A program made the translations under genes and the position numbers. Shown here piece by piece: positions 25,787 to 34,888 of a stretch of DNA of 64,000 bases. Source of the stretch: a virus (taxonomy: Duplodnaviria > Heunggongvirae > Uroviricota > Caudoviricetes); IMG/VR virus record IMGVR_UViG_3300021400_000141, positions 321,354 through 385,353 of that record. The stretch is one strand, 5' to 3'. The notes beneath the pieces were generated by a model. The model worked only from the letters and a program-made list of their open reading frames with translations. It was not told the origin of the DNA and ran no database searches. How positions within the stretch are numbered: the first letter of the stretch is position 1; every line of letters begins with the position of its first letter.

Positions 25787-26980
25787 ATGATTGAGATACA
25801 GGGAAAGTTTAATACGGCCAAGGTGTTCACCGACAATATCGAGCCCGAGGCTTACACACAGTTGTTGAACATGATGTGCCAGTGCTGGGCTAAGGACATG
25901 CAGGTTCGCGTCATGCCCGACGTACATGCTGGAAAGGGGTGTACGGTTGGAACCACTATGACCATCAAGGACAAGGTTGTTCCTAACCTGGTCGGGGTGG
26001 ACATTGGGTGTGGTATGCTTGTCGCCAAGTTGAAAGACCGTTCGGTTGATTTCGACAAGTTGGACAAGGCTATCCGTGAAAGGATTCCATCTGGTAAGAG
26101 CCACCGTGAAAGCAAGCATTCGATGGCAAAGGACTTTCCTATCGAGGATATGATTGTCTACAAGGAAGGGAAGATGGAGTATACCGAGCTGTTGTCGCTT
26201 GGGTCACTCGGCGGTGGCAACCACTTCATCGAACTGGACAAGGATTCCCACGGCAATCTGTACATCGTAATCCACTCTGGTTCCCGTCATCTTGGGTTGG
26301 CAACATGCGATTACTGGCAGGGACTTGCAATCGACGAATGCAATGACCTTACGCAGCAGCGTGGGGCCATTATCGCCAAGTACAAGCGTGAGGGACGTGA
26401 AAACGAGCTTGAAGCGGCGTTGGCAAGCATCCCTCATTTCCCGCCACCGAAGGAACTGTCTTACCTCACTGGCAAGTCGTTCGACGGATATCTGCATGAC
26501 ATGGCGTTGGCACAGGAGTTTGCAACACGCAACCGCGAAGCGATGCTTGAAGAGATTGTCAGGGCGCTCCGCCTGCATGTTGTGGACAAGTTCTGCACAT
26601 TGCATAACTACATCGACTTGAAGCACATGATACTCCGCAAGGGTTCTGTATCGGCTCAGGAAGGTGAGCGTCTTATCGTTCCTTTGAACATGAGGGATGG
26701 TTCTCTTATCTGCACTGGTAAGGGAAACCCTGACTGGAACTTCTCGGCTCCTCACGGTGCAGGACGCAAGATGTCCCGTTCAAAGGCTAAGGAAAGCATC
26801 TCCCTTGAAGCGTACCAGAAGGCCATGCGTGGCATCTACACGACTTGTGTAAACAAATCTACTTTGGATGAATCCCCGATGGCATACAAGCCGTCCAAGG
26901 AAATAATCGAGAACATCAAGGATAGTTGCGATGTTGTAGATACTATCAAGCCTGTGTACAACTTCAAGGCATCTGACTGA
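25787..26980 (+). CDS. rtcB: RtcB-family RNA 3'-phosphate/2',3'-cyclic-phosphate ligase
   Basis: MPDVHAGKGCTVGT, GCGM, SLGGGNHF, HNYI and APHGAGR motifs in RtcB order. Confidence 0.9.
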   Translation: MIEIQGKFNTAKVFTDNIEPEAYTQLLNMMCQCWAKDMQVRVMPDVHAGKGCTVGTTMTIKDKVVPNLVGVDIGCGMLVAKLKDRSVDFDKLDKAIRERIPSGKSHRESKHSMAKDFPIEDMIVYKEGKMEYTELLSLGSLGGGNHFIELDKDSHGNLYIVIHSGSRHLGLATCDYWQGLAIDECNDLTQQRGAIIAKYKREGRENELEAALASIPHFPPPKELSYLTGKSFDGYLHDMALAQEFATRNREAMLEEIVRALRLHVVDKFCTLHNYIDLKHMILRKGSVSAQEGERLIVPLNMRDGSLICTGKGNPDWNFSAPHGAGRKMSRSKAKESISLEAYQKAMRGIYTTCVNKSTLDESPMAYKPSKEIIENIKDSCDVVDTIKPVYNFKASD

Positions 26981-26988
26981 GGTGGAAT

Positions 26989-27648
26989 ATGAAAAATCGA
27001 AAGTCGCTCTACAACGATTCTAGCATACAGCTTATCCGTGAGGATGACCACTATGTGCTTGTCACTAAGGAAAAGAAAGTCAAGATAGAGAATCGTACTT
27101 ATGACGAAGACCAGAAAGCCATGCTTGAAGGAGCTACGGTTGATGCGTGGTGCAAGAAATTCGATGTCGTGTATAGTGTATTCGATGTACCAGCAGTCAA
27201 TGGAAAGCTTTTTGTCTATACCACCAATGGAAACTTCTCCAGACGGGTAATGACAATGGGTGAACACGAGGATTTCGCCAAGATTGTCATTAACGAGTAC
27301 AAGCTGCCGTATATGTTCTATGGTGAAATGAAGGATGCGGACGAGTCTGGATATGTCATGATGTTCGGGTGTAGGATTGGCGATGATGATTTCGTTTCAG
27401 ATGACTTCTGCGAAAGGATGGTACTTGAAACATCCAATCCTAAGGTCAAGTGGCATTTATATTGCTTTGACGAGCATGACGAGCCTGAGAGCGATGTTGT
27501 CGATGAGATATTCGACAAGTACCGTCTCAAAGAAGACAAGATGATGGGCCTGTATATGTCCAACGACAACTGTGGATGCCACTGGGCTTTTCTCGAATTT
27601 CCGAACTGGAAGATAATTCCAGGCAGTGCATATTCTAAACGGAGGTAA
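26989..27648 (+). CDS. hypothetical protein
   Basis: RBS gaggtgg; 219 aa; acidic C-terminal half. Confidence 0.5.
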   Translation: MKNRKSLYNDSSIQLIREDDHYVLVTKEKKVKIENRTYDEDQKAMLEGATVDAWCKKFDVVYSVFDVPAVNGKLFVYTTNGNFSRRVMTMGEHEDFAKIVINEYKLPYMFYGEMKDADESGYVMMFGCRIGDDDFVSDDFCERMVLETSNPKVKWHLYCFDEHDEPESDVVDEIFDKYRLKEDKMMGLYMSNDNCGCHWAFLEFPNWKIIPGSAYSKRR

Positions 27649-27650
27649 CT

Positions 27651-27938
27651 ATGGTTATCAAGAAAATCGACCTTACATCTGACAGGTTCGCCGAACAGAA
27701 AATCGTAATTCAATTGAATTACAGCGAGCTGACTAAGATTGCAAACGCAGTCCACAACATTAAAGTCAAGGACAAGGATGATGCTTGGCTCAAATGGGAA
27801 TTTGCTGCACTCCGTGACCTGTGCCATGATGAGGGATTTATGACCGATTTCGCCCCGGCCACCATCTTTCCTAGAATAATGAAAGAACTCAAGGCTGTTG
27901 AAAAAAAGCAGAATAAAAAGGAGACAACCAATGAATAA
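27651..27938 (+). CDS. hypothetical protein
   Basis: RBS acggagg; 95 aa. Confidence 0.5.
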   Translation: MVIKKIDLTSDRFAEQKIVIQLNYSELTKIANAVHNIKVKDKDDAWLKWEFAALRDLCHDEGFMTDFAPATIFPRIMKELKAVEKKQNKKETTNE

Positions 27939-28098
27939 AGAAGATGCCGTCTTTTTTGCTGGACAGATGGAAGATTTTCTGGATATTCCATCTATGTTCT
28001 GCGAAAAAATCGAGAAAATGCTGACCGAAGGAAAGGCAATGGAAGTGTGCGAGTACATTGTACGCCGTCGCAGGGAACTTGTCAAGAAAAAGGATTAA
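27931..28098 (+). CDS. small hypothetical protein (55 aa)
   Basis: ATG after aaaaaggag, overlapping the previous stop. Confidence 0.4.
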   Translation: MNKEDAVFFAGQMEDFLDIPSMFCEKIEKMLTEGKAMEVCEYIVRRRRELVKKKD

Positions 28099-28100
28099 AT

Positions 28101-28301
28101 ATGAACGTAGAAGAACTCAAGGCCAAGCTCTGTGAACGTATTTCCAATACGGAACTGGACAAGACATTCAGGGTGGTCGTGGCCCGAAAGAAGAAGCGTG
28201 GTGGATATGATATCTACCCCTGTGTCAAGGATGTAGAACTGGCATACGTTCCGATTCCAGGTGAAACTAACCCAGTTGCCGCAATCGTATTTGAGGACTA
28301 A
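28101..28301 (+). CDS. small hypothetical protein
   Basis: ATG after aaaaagga. Confidence 0.4.
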   Translation: MNVEELKAKLCERISNTELDKTFRVVVARKKKRGGYDIYPCVKDVELAYVPIPGETNPVAAIVFED

Positions 28302-28302
28302 T

Positions 28303-28551
28303 ATGGCTGACCGTAATGAATTTCATAATGACCTTGAAGTGTTTTGCTCTGCACAGGAACACAAGGGAATGGTTCTTGAACTGATTAGGGTGTACGGCGA
28401 GTCTGTCACCTTGAAGGATGTACTGGATAGCATAAACTACCAGATGGACAAGTACGAGAACCTTCTGTTCAATCATCATCTTTTGAAACCCGCAATCAAC
28501 CTTGCTACTGCGGTCATGTCGTCTATCAACGACGTGAAGGAAACCAAATGA
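28303..28551 (+). CDS. small hypothetical protein
   Basis: ATG after ttgagga; tiles exactly with neighbours. Confidence 0.4.
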   Translation: MADRNEFHNDLEVFCSAQEHKGMVLELIRVYGESVTLKDVLDSINYQMDKYENLLFNHHLLKPAINLATAVMSSINDVKETK

Positions 28552-28718
28552 AAATCTACAATGTGTTCCAAGTATCGGGCATGGGCTACCACATGTATAT
28601 GGCCACTTGTAAGACACGGGAGGCTGCTAACAAGTTTGTTGCAAAACTTTGTAAGAAGCATCCTGACATCTACAAGAAATCTTACTTGAAGGTAAGGGTT
28701 GGAAAAATCTTGGAGTAG
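28548..28718 (+). CDS. small hypothetical protein (56 aa)
   Basis: below the ORF-track cutoff; ATGA overlap with the previous stop; fills an otherwise empty 170-bp gap. Confidence 0.35.
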   Translation: MKIYNVFQVSGMGYHMYMATCKTREAANKFVAKLCKKHPDIYKKSYLKVRVGKILE

Positions 28719-28721
28719 GCC

Positions 28722-28913
28722 ATGTGTAAGTATTGCGAACAGTTGGATGGACTTGGCTGCGGTGAAGACTTCACGGATGACGATAGTTGGACTGACCGTT
28801 TTCATCTGCGTCGAGATAGCGACGGTAAATATCGTATCGAATGCTATGCCGACCAAAGTTCACCAATCAATTTCTGCCCTAAGTGTGGGAGACCGTTATG
28901 CGACCCGAAATAA
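28722..28913 (+). CDS. small zinc-ribbon protein
   Basis: CKYCEQ ... CPKCGRPLC cysteine pairs. Confidence 0.45.
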   Translation: MCKYCEQLDGLGCGEDFTDDDSWTDRFHLRRDSDGKYRIECYADQSSPINFCPKCGRPLCDPK

Positions 28914-29164
28914 AGGAACTACTACAAGATAGACTTGAGTCGTTCGTGACTGAGTATCTGAATGATGCCGCAAAGAATGCCGATGGAGGATGCTGCGGCG
29001 TTCACATAACCAACCCAGAGATGCGATACTACAAGGGATATATCGACGGCATGTGCTGTGCCTTGAATTTCAAGGGATGGGGACTTGAAGGCGAATACTG
29101 GGTTGTGCGTGATGCTCGTAACCGTATTGTAATCAAATGTAAGAACGAATGGGAAGAGGAATAA
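28898..29164 (+). CDS. hypothetical protein
   Basis: ATG start (the track start 28883 is a GTG); 88 aa. Confidence 0.4.
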   Translation: MRPEIKELLQDRLESFVTEYLNDAAKNADGGCCGVHITNPEMRYYKGYIDGMCCALNFKGWGLEGEYWVVRDARNRIVIKCKNEWEEE

Positions 29165-29165
29165 A

Positions 29166-29747
29166 ATGAGAAGACTGTTTATTATCAGAAAGGATTTGCA
29201 GCTGCAGCCAGGTAAGCTTGCAGCTATGGTGGCCCACTGTGCCGAAGGGTACTGGCTAAACGTATTTAAGTATCTGAGCGTAGTCGAGGACAACGAATAC
29301 GATACACTGCCAGTAGAAACTCCGAACGACCCTGATTACTGGATGCGTTATCGTCATCCTGCTGTATTTGAGGCGGCGAAAGCTGCTCACGAACGGGGTG
29401 AGAAAACCTTTAAGTTCAAGGCGGAAAACTCCCGTCCTACAAAGACGATTTCATTTGAAATCCCGAAAGAAATCTGGGATGGCTACATCAATGATATCTT
29501 CACGAAGACAATCTGCGAGGCAAAGAATCTTAACCATCTAATGAAGGTGGAAGAGGTTGCCACGGAACTTGGTCTTGTCCCGCTCGTTGACTACGGGTAT
29601 ATCGACGATGTTTGCAAGACCGATTTGACCCCAGAATTCACAGACGAGAACGGTGTGGGCCGTTGCCGTGTTGGCATCTGGTTCAAACCGCTTCCTGACG
29701 ATATCAGCCATAAGCTGAGCAAGAAGTACCAGCTTTACAAGGGGTAA
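29166..29747 (+). CDS. PTH2-type peptidyl-tRNA hydrolase-like protein
   Basis: N-terminal LFIIRKDLQLQPGKLAAMVAHCAEG resembles the PTH2 motif VRxDLxMxxGKxAAQxxHAA; longer than canonical PTH2. Confidence 0.5.
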   Translation: MRRLFIIRKDLQLQPGKLAAMVAHCAEGYWLNVFKYLSVVEDNEYDTLPVETPNDPDYWMRYRHPAVFEAAKAAHERGEKTFKFKAENSRPTKTISFEIPKEIWDGYINDIFTKTICEAKNLNHLMKVEEVATELGLVPLVDYGYIDDVCKTDLTPEFTDENGVGRCRVGIWFKPLPDDISHKLSKKYQLYKG

Positions 29748-29749
29748 AC

Positions 29750-30034
29750 ATGAAGGATACTAGGATAGAAGACTTGGTCAAGGCCATCATGGAGGCGACC
29801 AGTGTGAAGGAAGTTGTTGACGCTGACGGAAACCGTATGCACGTAGGTTCAAACCGTCTCCATCTGAGTGTTACCGATGATGTCGATATCATTATAGAGA
29901 CGGATATGGGGCCTATGTATGACGTGTGGATTCAGAACCATACCGAGGGAGAGGGATGCACAGTCGCCCGTACTGAGGACTTGGAGAAAGTAGCGGCATT
30001 CATCCTAAGCGTGTTCAAACTCTGTGGAAAATAG
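29750..30034 (+). CDS. hypothetical protein
   Basis: RBS aagggg; 94 aa. Confidence 0.45.
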   Translation: MKDTRIEDLVKAIMEATSVKEVVDADGNRMHVGSNRLHLSVTDDVDIIIETDMGPMYDVWIQNHTEGEGCTVARTEDLEKVAAFILSVFKLCGK

Positions 30035-30037
30035 CCT

Positions 30038-30352
30038 ATGCATAGCCGTCAAGACCTAATTCAATTAGAACTGACAGAAGATGAAGCTCAGGAAATAATA
30101 AACTCCCTGCCCGAGAATAATTGGGCGGGGATGAGTGTTAAGACCAAGTTGAAATCCCTGTTGGATAAAAAGAAACAGCGGGATAGCCATCCCCACAAAC
30201 TTGCCGATGAATACGAGGCAATGAAAAACTGCCCGTATCGTGGAGACTGGCACTACTGTTGCAGATGTGAATTTGATTATATCTGCACTGGTTCTAACCA
30301 TTACGATAAGAACATGGTGAAGAAACACATTGAAGAAAACAGAGGCAAATAA
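30038..30352 (+). CDS. hypothetical protein
   Basis: 104 aa; last plus-strand gene before the strand switch. Confidence 0.45.
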   Translation: MHSRQDLIQLELTEDEAQEIINSLPENNWAGMSVKTKLKSLLDKKKQRDSHPHKLADEYEAMKNCPYRGDWHYCCRCEFDYICTGSNHYDKNMVKKHIEENRGK

Positions 30353-30634
30353 CTAGGCCTTCTTGTTTTCTTTTACACCGAAGCGCTGCATCTGGTATTC
30401 ACGCAGCGCTTTTCTTTCTATACGGTTCTTTCGCATCTGGAGTTCAGCGTTCTTGCCGTGGCCAAGTACCCCAAGCACGAAGGAAAGGTCGGATTTGGAG
30501 TTGCGACGGCTGTTCATCATCTTCTTTACAAGATGGATTGCATAGTCGTATTCTGTGTCGAACACGAGGTTATGCTGAGCATCAACATGATAGGGGTTGC
30601 CGATAAGGTCTAACTGGTGTTTTGCTTTTTTCAT
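30353..30634 (-). CDS. hypothetical protein
   Basis: start moved to the internal ATG with RBS aaagga downstream of the minus-strand promoter at 30663-30691; the track start is a TTG inside the -10. Confidence 0.45.
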   Translation of the reverse strand: MKKAKHQLDLIGNPYHVDAQHNLVFDTEYDYAIHLVKKMMNSRRNSKSDLSFVLGVLGHGKNAELQMRKNRIERKALREYQMQRFGVKENKKA

Positions 30635-30662
30635 GGTATGTCCTTTTGAAGTTTCTATACAC

Positions 30663-30691
30663 AATATAGAAACTTAAATGCGATTTGTCAA
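30663..30691 (-). promoter_or_regulatory. sigma70-type promoter (TTGACA, 17 nt, TATATT), minus strand
   Basis: minus strand reads ctaTTGACAaatcgcatttaagtttcTATATTgtg. Confidence 0.5.
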
Positions 30692-30698
30692 TAGTTAA

Positions 30699-31298
30699 TT
30701 AAATAATTCCGACAGTTTCCTTGATAGCTTCAAGGTTGCGGTCAATTCGCTGCATGTATTGGTGAATCATTGTGATGGCATTGTACTTCTTGCTTTGTAC
30801 GGCGCCAGGGTTGAATTGAAGTTTCCATGCTTCGGCAGGGTCATCCGCCTTGTTGAACTGGATTACTTCCCATGACATCATCTGCATCGCCTGACGCATA
30901 TCATGGTATTCTCCACCCAAATGGAATTCGTTTAGTCGGTATCCTAGTTCCACCATCATACGGGTTCCGTTCGGGGTATTTGGAAGGTGGTGTTGATGCA
31001 CATTAGCCATTCGGAAAGGTTCAAGCATGCTGTCCAGCTTTTCGATGATACGCTGGATTTCCTGCTTGTTTACGCTAACTTCCTCAGACGGTTCCTCCAA
31101 GGCTGAACCCTCTGGTTTCTCGTCAATTTCTCCGCTAAGAGCGTCCTGCATATCTGACGGGTTTTCATCGGCTATGAGATTGGGTTCGCCTTCGTGCGTT
31201 GCTTCGAACAGGGAAACAACGGCATCTTCCTTCTCTTTACTCAAACCGAGGTTGTGAACGCTTTCCAAGAACAGTTTTTTGCGATACATAGTGAACAC
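30699..31298 (-). CDS. hypothetical protein
   Basis: 199-aa ORF, minus-strand tiling. Confidence 0.5.
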   Translation of the reverse strand: MFTMYRKKLFLESVHNLGLSKEKEDAVVSLFEATHEGEPNLIADENPSDMQDALSGEIDEKPEGSALEEPSEEVSVNKQEIQRIIEKLDSMLEPFRMANVHQHHLPNTPNGTRMMVELGYRLNEFHLGGEYHDMRQAMQMMSWEVIQFNKADDPAEAWKLQFNPGAVQSKKYNAITMIHQYMQRIDRNLEAIKETVGII

Positions 31299-31321
31299 CA
31301 GTGTAATTCAACTACAGTTTA

Positions 31322-31356
31322 TAACAAAAGCCCGCATGGGAATCCACACGGGCCTT
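31322..31356 (-). terminator. rho-independent terminator (minus strand)
   Basis: minus strand reads gcccgtgtggattcccatgcgggc followed by ttttgttat. Confidence 0.55.
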
Positions 31357-31371
31357 CTGAACAGGATTTGA

Positions 31372-31479
31372 TTACTTCTTGTCCTTCTTCAACTTATTGT
31401 TTTCTTTGATGATAGCAACAAGTTTGCAGAAAAGGCAACCGAGGGCAAATCCGAGACAAATACCGAACAGTACCGCCAT
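31372..31479 (-). CDS. small hydrophobic peptide (35 aa) coupled to the SPFH gene
   Basis: MAVLFGICLGFALGCLFCKLVAII...; its ATG lies 1 nt after the SPFH gene stop; terminator follows. Confidence 0.3.
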   Translation of the reverse strand: MAVLFGICLGFALGCLFCKLVAIIKENNKLKKDKK

Positions 31480-31480
31480 A

Positions 31481-32428
31481 TTATTCCACCTTGCTCATGT
31501 TGATTCCCGAGAAGTTCGGGGTGATAGTGTTGGCTTCTGAACCAGGGAACTTGCCGTTCCACTTTTCGAGACGGGCCATAGTTTCTTCATGACGCCATGC
31601 GCTCTGCTGAATTGCATAGTTGGCGGCGATAGCCTTGTTCTTTGCAATCATTGCCTTAGCTTCTGCTTCTGCGGTCACGATGGTAGCCTCAGCGTTTTTC
31701 TTGGCGATTTCAAGTTCGTTTTCAGCCTTGTTGAGAGCATTGCGGTAGGTTGCCGAGTCAGCCCTCAACTGAGCCTGTTGAGCAACGACCTTCTTTTCGT
31801 TGATTGCACGTTCGATTTCCACGTCAGCCTTTGCAGTCTTTTCCTTCTGGGTCTTAATCATCGTTTCCTTAATCTGGTTGTCGAAGTCTTTTGTCCAGTC
31901 CCAGTTGGTAATGTTGACATCCTGAATGGTAATCGGGAACTTTGCACACTTCTTTTCCATCAAAGCCTTCACTTCATCCGCAATCTTGTCGGTTTCCTTG
32001 GTAAGGTCATAGATGGAATACTTGCCGATGACAACCTTCAATGAAGTTTTCATGTTGGACTTGAAGAAGCTTTCCATAGAGCTTCTGCTATAGTTGCGGA
32101 CGAAGTTTTCGGCTTCATCTTCGTTGAACACATAAATGATGGAGGTGGAAACACCAACCGTCTGCATGTCCTTCGTGATTGCACCGTCATCGCCGACTTC
32201 GTATGTAAAGTCGTCCTTCTGCGGAGAAAGGTCGATGGTGGTGATAGACTGGATGAACGGAACCTTCAATGTGTAACCGTTGCCACGAGGAATCGTGCCC
32301 GAAATAGAGCCTGCCGTCTTGACGACACCGACTTCGGTCGGTTCCACGCAAGTGATAGAACCGAGCGCAAGGGCGAAGATTGCCACGACTGCGCAAATGA
32401 TGATGATGATTTTGGTATTACTGTTCAT
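31481..32428 (-). CDS. SPFH/band-7 domain membrane protein
   Basis: N-terminal TM helix, an EVGVVKT-type start of the SPFH domain, and a long coiled-coil Ala/Lys/Glu-rich C-terminus typical of the stomatin/HflK family. Confidence 0.6.
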   Translation of the reverse strand: MNSNTKIIIIICAVVAIFALALGSITCVEPTEVGVVKTAGSISGTIPRGNGYTLKVPFIQSITTIDLSPQKDDFTYEVGDDGAITKDMQTVGVSTSIIYVFNEDEAENFVRNYSRSSMESFFKSNMKTSLKVVIGKYSIYDLTKETDKIADEVKALMEKKCAKFPITIQDVNITNWDWTKDFDNQIKETMIKTQKEKTAKADVEIERAINEKKVVAQQAQLRADSATYRNALNKAENELEIAKKNAEATIVTAEAEAKAMIAKNKAIAANYAIQQSAWRHEETMARLEKWNGKFPGSEANTITPNFSGINMSKVE

Positions 32429-32457
32429 TGGTTTCTCCTTTGAGAGTTGTGTTGGAA

Positions 32458-32706
32458 TTAATTTAAATTGTTCAGAAGGCCTAGAGATGCGTATAGACTG
32501 ATTGCCTGTCTCGACGCATCACGCTCACGCTTTTTCAACAGGGCTGCAGCCTCTGGGTAAACCAGTTCTCGTGAACCGTCTTTCAATCCGAAGATTGCAT
32601 CACGTACACGGTCGAAGTGTTCATCGTCCGATGCGAACAGCTTGTCGCACCACGAGATGTGAATCCACTTGTCACGAAATTCGTATTGGAGGAATGTATA
32701 CTTCAT
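32458..32706 (-). CDS. hypothetical protein (near-leaderless)
   Basis: ATG about 4 nt downstream of the predicted TSS of the promoter at 32717-32745. Confidence 0.45.
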   Translation of the reverse strand: MKYTFLQYEFRDKWIHISWCDKLFASDDEHFDRVRDAIFGLKDGSRELVYPEAAALLKKRERDASRQAISLYASLGLLNNLN

Positions 32707-32716
32707 TGTACTAAAT

Positions 32717-32745
32717 AATATAGTAAGTTAAAAGGCGGTTGTCAA
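32717..32745 (-). promoter_or_regulatory. sigma70-type promoter (TTGACA, 17 nt, TATATT), minus strand
   Basis: minus strand reads cTTGACAaccgccttttaacttacTATATTattt. Confidence 0.5.
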
Positions 32746-32761
32746 GAGAATATATGAAATT

Positions 32762-33061
32762 TTATGTTTTATTTTTCGCACGGGAAATAGGGAACACGTT
32801 CCTGTGGCACAGGGGGCATCTGGAAATAGTGAAGGACATTGCCAAAGACTTCGCTTCGCATTCTTTGTCATAAGCGATACTTTCCTTTGTCTCGCACCAT
32901 GCGCCAACATATACCTTCAGGTGGTTTCCTTCAAGTTCATAGCACTTGTTCATTCCAATTCCGATATAAGCTCCCCCGTATCTTTCCTTTGGGGTGAACT
33001 CTTTGAAATACTTACCTTTGCCATTTTTGGGTTGGCACAGCGGACATCTTTTATTTTTCAT
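32762..33061 (-). CDS. zinc-finger hypothetical protein
   Basis: CPLCQ ... CPLCHR cysteine pairs. Confidence 0.45.
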   Translation of the reverse strand: MKNKRCPLCQPKNGKGKYFKEFTPKERYGGAYIGIGMNKCYELEGNHLKVYVGAWCETKESIAYDKECEAKSLAMSFTISRCPLCHRNVFPISRAKNKT

Positions 33062-33069
33062 GTGTACCT

Positions 33070-33702
33070 CTACATATGGATTTCATCGGGTGAGGGCATG
33101 TCTGTCATGGGAGTTACCAGACGGTTATTTCTCTCGCATTTTTCCTTGAACTCGATATGAATAAGCTCCAGTTGCATATCGAGAGTTGCAGGGTCGTCGG
33201 CACAGAAGTATGTACCCCCGCTACGGTCAGATATGTAGATGACATCTTCAATCATGTGGATTGTACTTTTCAGGAGTATAGACTTGTCGCTTAGAACTAG
33301 GGTCTTCTCTGTTTCCTTTACCACGTCCCAACCGCCGTGCCATTCGCCATTCCATTTCATTCCAGGGGCGGTCACTTTCTTCCAGCCCAATGTGGGGTAT
33401 TCCACCTTGGGCTTGAACACGGGCTGTTCCTTCTCGTAGTAGTCTTTAAGGTTGCCCATTTCTCCCTTCCTGCGGACACAGGAACGATGGCAGTCCCAAC
33501 GGTTCCTGTAAGTGTGGATGCACTTCATTTCCCTACATTCGTCGAATGTATGCTTGGGAACCAGGTCGTATGCTTCCTGTTGGAGTTCCTTTATTTGCGA
33601 GTTGAGTTCATCTATGCGGGCGGCGATTGCCTTCAGTTTGGCTCGTGTCTCGTCGGAAAGAACTTCCATTACCATAGGTGTCTTTTTATCAGTCGGTTTC
33701 AT
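33070..33702 (-). CDS. hypothetical protein with N-terminal coiled coil and Cys/His-rich region
   Basis: 210 aa; AARIDELNSQIKELQQEAYDL, then CREMKCIHTYRNRWDCHRSC. Confidence 0.45.
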   Translation of the reverse strand: MKPTDKKTPMVMEVLSDETRAKLKAIAARIDELNSQIKELQQEAYDLVPKHTFDECREMKCIHTYRNRWDCHRSCVRRKGEMGNLKDYYEKEQPVFKPKVEYPTLGWKKVTAPGMKWNGEWHGGWDVVKETEKTLVLSDKSILLKSTIHMIEDVIYISDRSGGTYFCADDPATLDMQLELIHIEFKEKCERNNRLVTPMTDMPSPDEIHM

Positions 33703-33929
33703 ACCATGAATATTCCTACCGCAAATTTCAAGAACAAGATGATTACCAAGAAAACGAACAGGCCTCCTAATAGGGTGTCTCCTATTATATTCTTCGGATA
33801 GACCTTGTTGAAGTCTTCCTTAGCTGCTTCAATAGAATTGAAACAACGTCCATTGTCTCGGCAATGATGCCACTTTCCGTCACGCTGGTAGTACATTTCG
33901 CCACGGCGTTCTCCAAATTCTCTAGCCAT
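33699..33929 (-). CDS. small membrane protein
   Basis: C-terminal hydrophobic helix LGGLFVFLVIILFL. Confidence 0.4.
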   Translation of the reverse strand: MAREFGERRGEMYYQRDGKWHHCRDNGRCFNSIEAAKEDFNKVYPKNIIGDTLLGGLFVFLVIILFLKFAVGIFMV

Positions 33930-33931
33930 TG

Positions 33932-34294
33932 TTATCTCCCGTTAAGAGTGTGAATGAAGTCGTCGAAGTTGTGTCTTCCAGGACGGTCCGCCCTTCCTTC
34001 ATAGAAGAGTTCGTCTGGAATTCCAAACGCCATCTTCTCAAAGTAATCCAATTTGGCAAACTCACCTTCCTTCAACGGGGCACGCTTGATGATAGCGTAC
34101 GAGTCTTTTCCGTGGAGCAGGCTGATGCCGCCCCAAGTCCCGTGGATATTTCCCGCGTCGTCAATGCTCTGGACAACCCCTTCCTTGCCTACGTAGATGC
34201 CTTCTGCTGGGTCATGGGTGCCGTCGGCGTTAGGGGCCAGGGACAAGATACGGATAGTGTCACCTACCCTTACTGTGCTAATGTATTCTGCCAT
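33932..34294 (-). CDS. hypothetical protein
   Basis: 120 aa, tiles with neighbours. Confidence 0.45.
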   Translation of the reverse strand: MAEYISTVRVGDTIRILSLAPNADGTHDPAEGIYVGKEGVVQSIDDAGNIHGTWGGISLLHGKDSYAIIKRAPLKEGEFAKLDYFEKMAFGIPDELFYEGRADRPGRHNFDDFIHTLNGR

Positions 34295-34297
34295 AAT

Positions 34298-34594
34298 CTA
34301 CTCCTTTTGGTAGCGCCATGCCTTTACATCGACAGAGTATACAGGGTCGGTGTTGTCATCGACGAATAGCCATTCCTTGGTGTAGTCCTCAACGACAGAA
34401 CCATCGTCGTCGGTGTAGTTGCAAGGAACTTCGTCTGGGTACAACTGACCGTCTACAATACTGCCGTCTTTCATGATGTATTGGACGTTGTGATAACCCC
34501 AACCACTACTAATCTCTGCTGGTATCGAGCAATAGAGGTGGGTATCTCCAAGTTCAATCCAGTCAGACCATACTTCTTTTTTGCCTTCAGCCAT
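34298..34594 (-). CDS. hypothetical protein
   Basis: 98 aa. Confidence 0.45.
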   Translation of the reverse strand: MAEGKKEVWSDWIELGDTHLYCSIPAEISSGWGYHNVQYIMKDGSIVDGQLYPDEVPCNYTDDDGSVVEDYTKEWLFVDDNTDPVYSVDVKAWRYQKE

Positions 34595-34887
34595 TACTTG
34601 TTTACCTTCTGCTTGTCGTGAACGGTGATTTCGAGCTTGGAGAAATCGCCGTTGAAAATGAACGAGCCTACCTTGAATTGGCTATGGAGTTCCTGACCAA
34701 TACGCAAGGTGTTGTAGAAATCGCAGTCAACGGGGAGTTGGAGGAACTGCTTGTTGGCCTCGTTCTTCAAATGCTCGCTGATGCTCAGAGTGAACGTTGA
34801 CTGCTTAATCTTGAAAGTGACCACGCAGAGTTCACCTGCGAACGAGGAGAGTTCGAACAACATGATGATTGCAAAGATTTTCTTCAT
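34594..34887 (-). CDS. small secreted protein
   Basis: start moved to the internal MKKIFAIIMLFELSSFA signal peptide; the N-terminal extension of the track ORF overlaps the upstream gene. Confidence 0.45.
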   Translation of the reverse strand: MKKIFAIIMLFELSSFAGELCVVTFKIKQSTFTLSISEHLKNEANKQFLQLPVDCDFYNTLRIGQELHSQFKVGSFIFNGDFSKLEITVHDKQKVNK

Positions 34888-34888
34888 T

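Noticed and set aside
27318-28085. 255-aa minus-strand ORF across several small plus-strand genes
   Set aside because: It overlaps four RBS-preceded plus-strand genes and has no start context.
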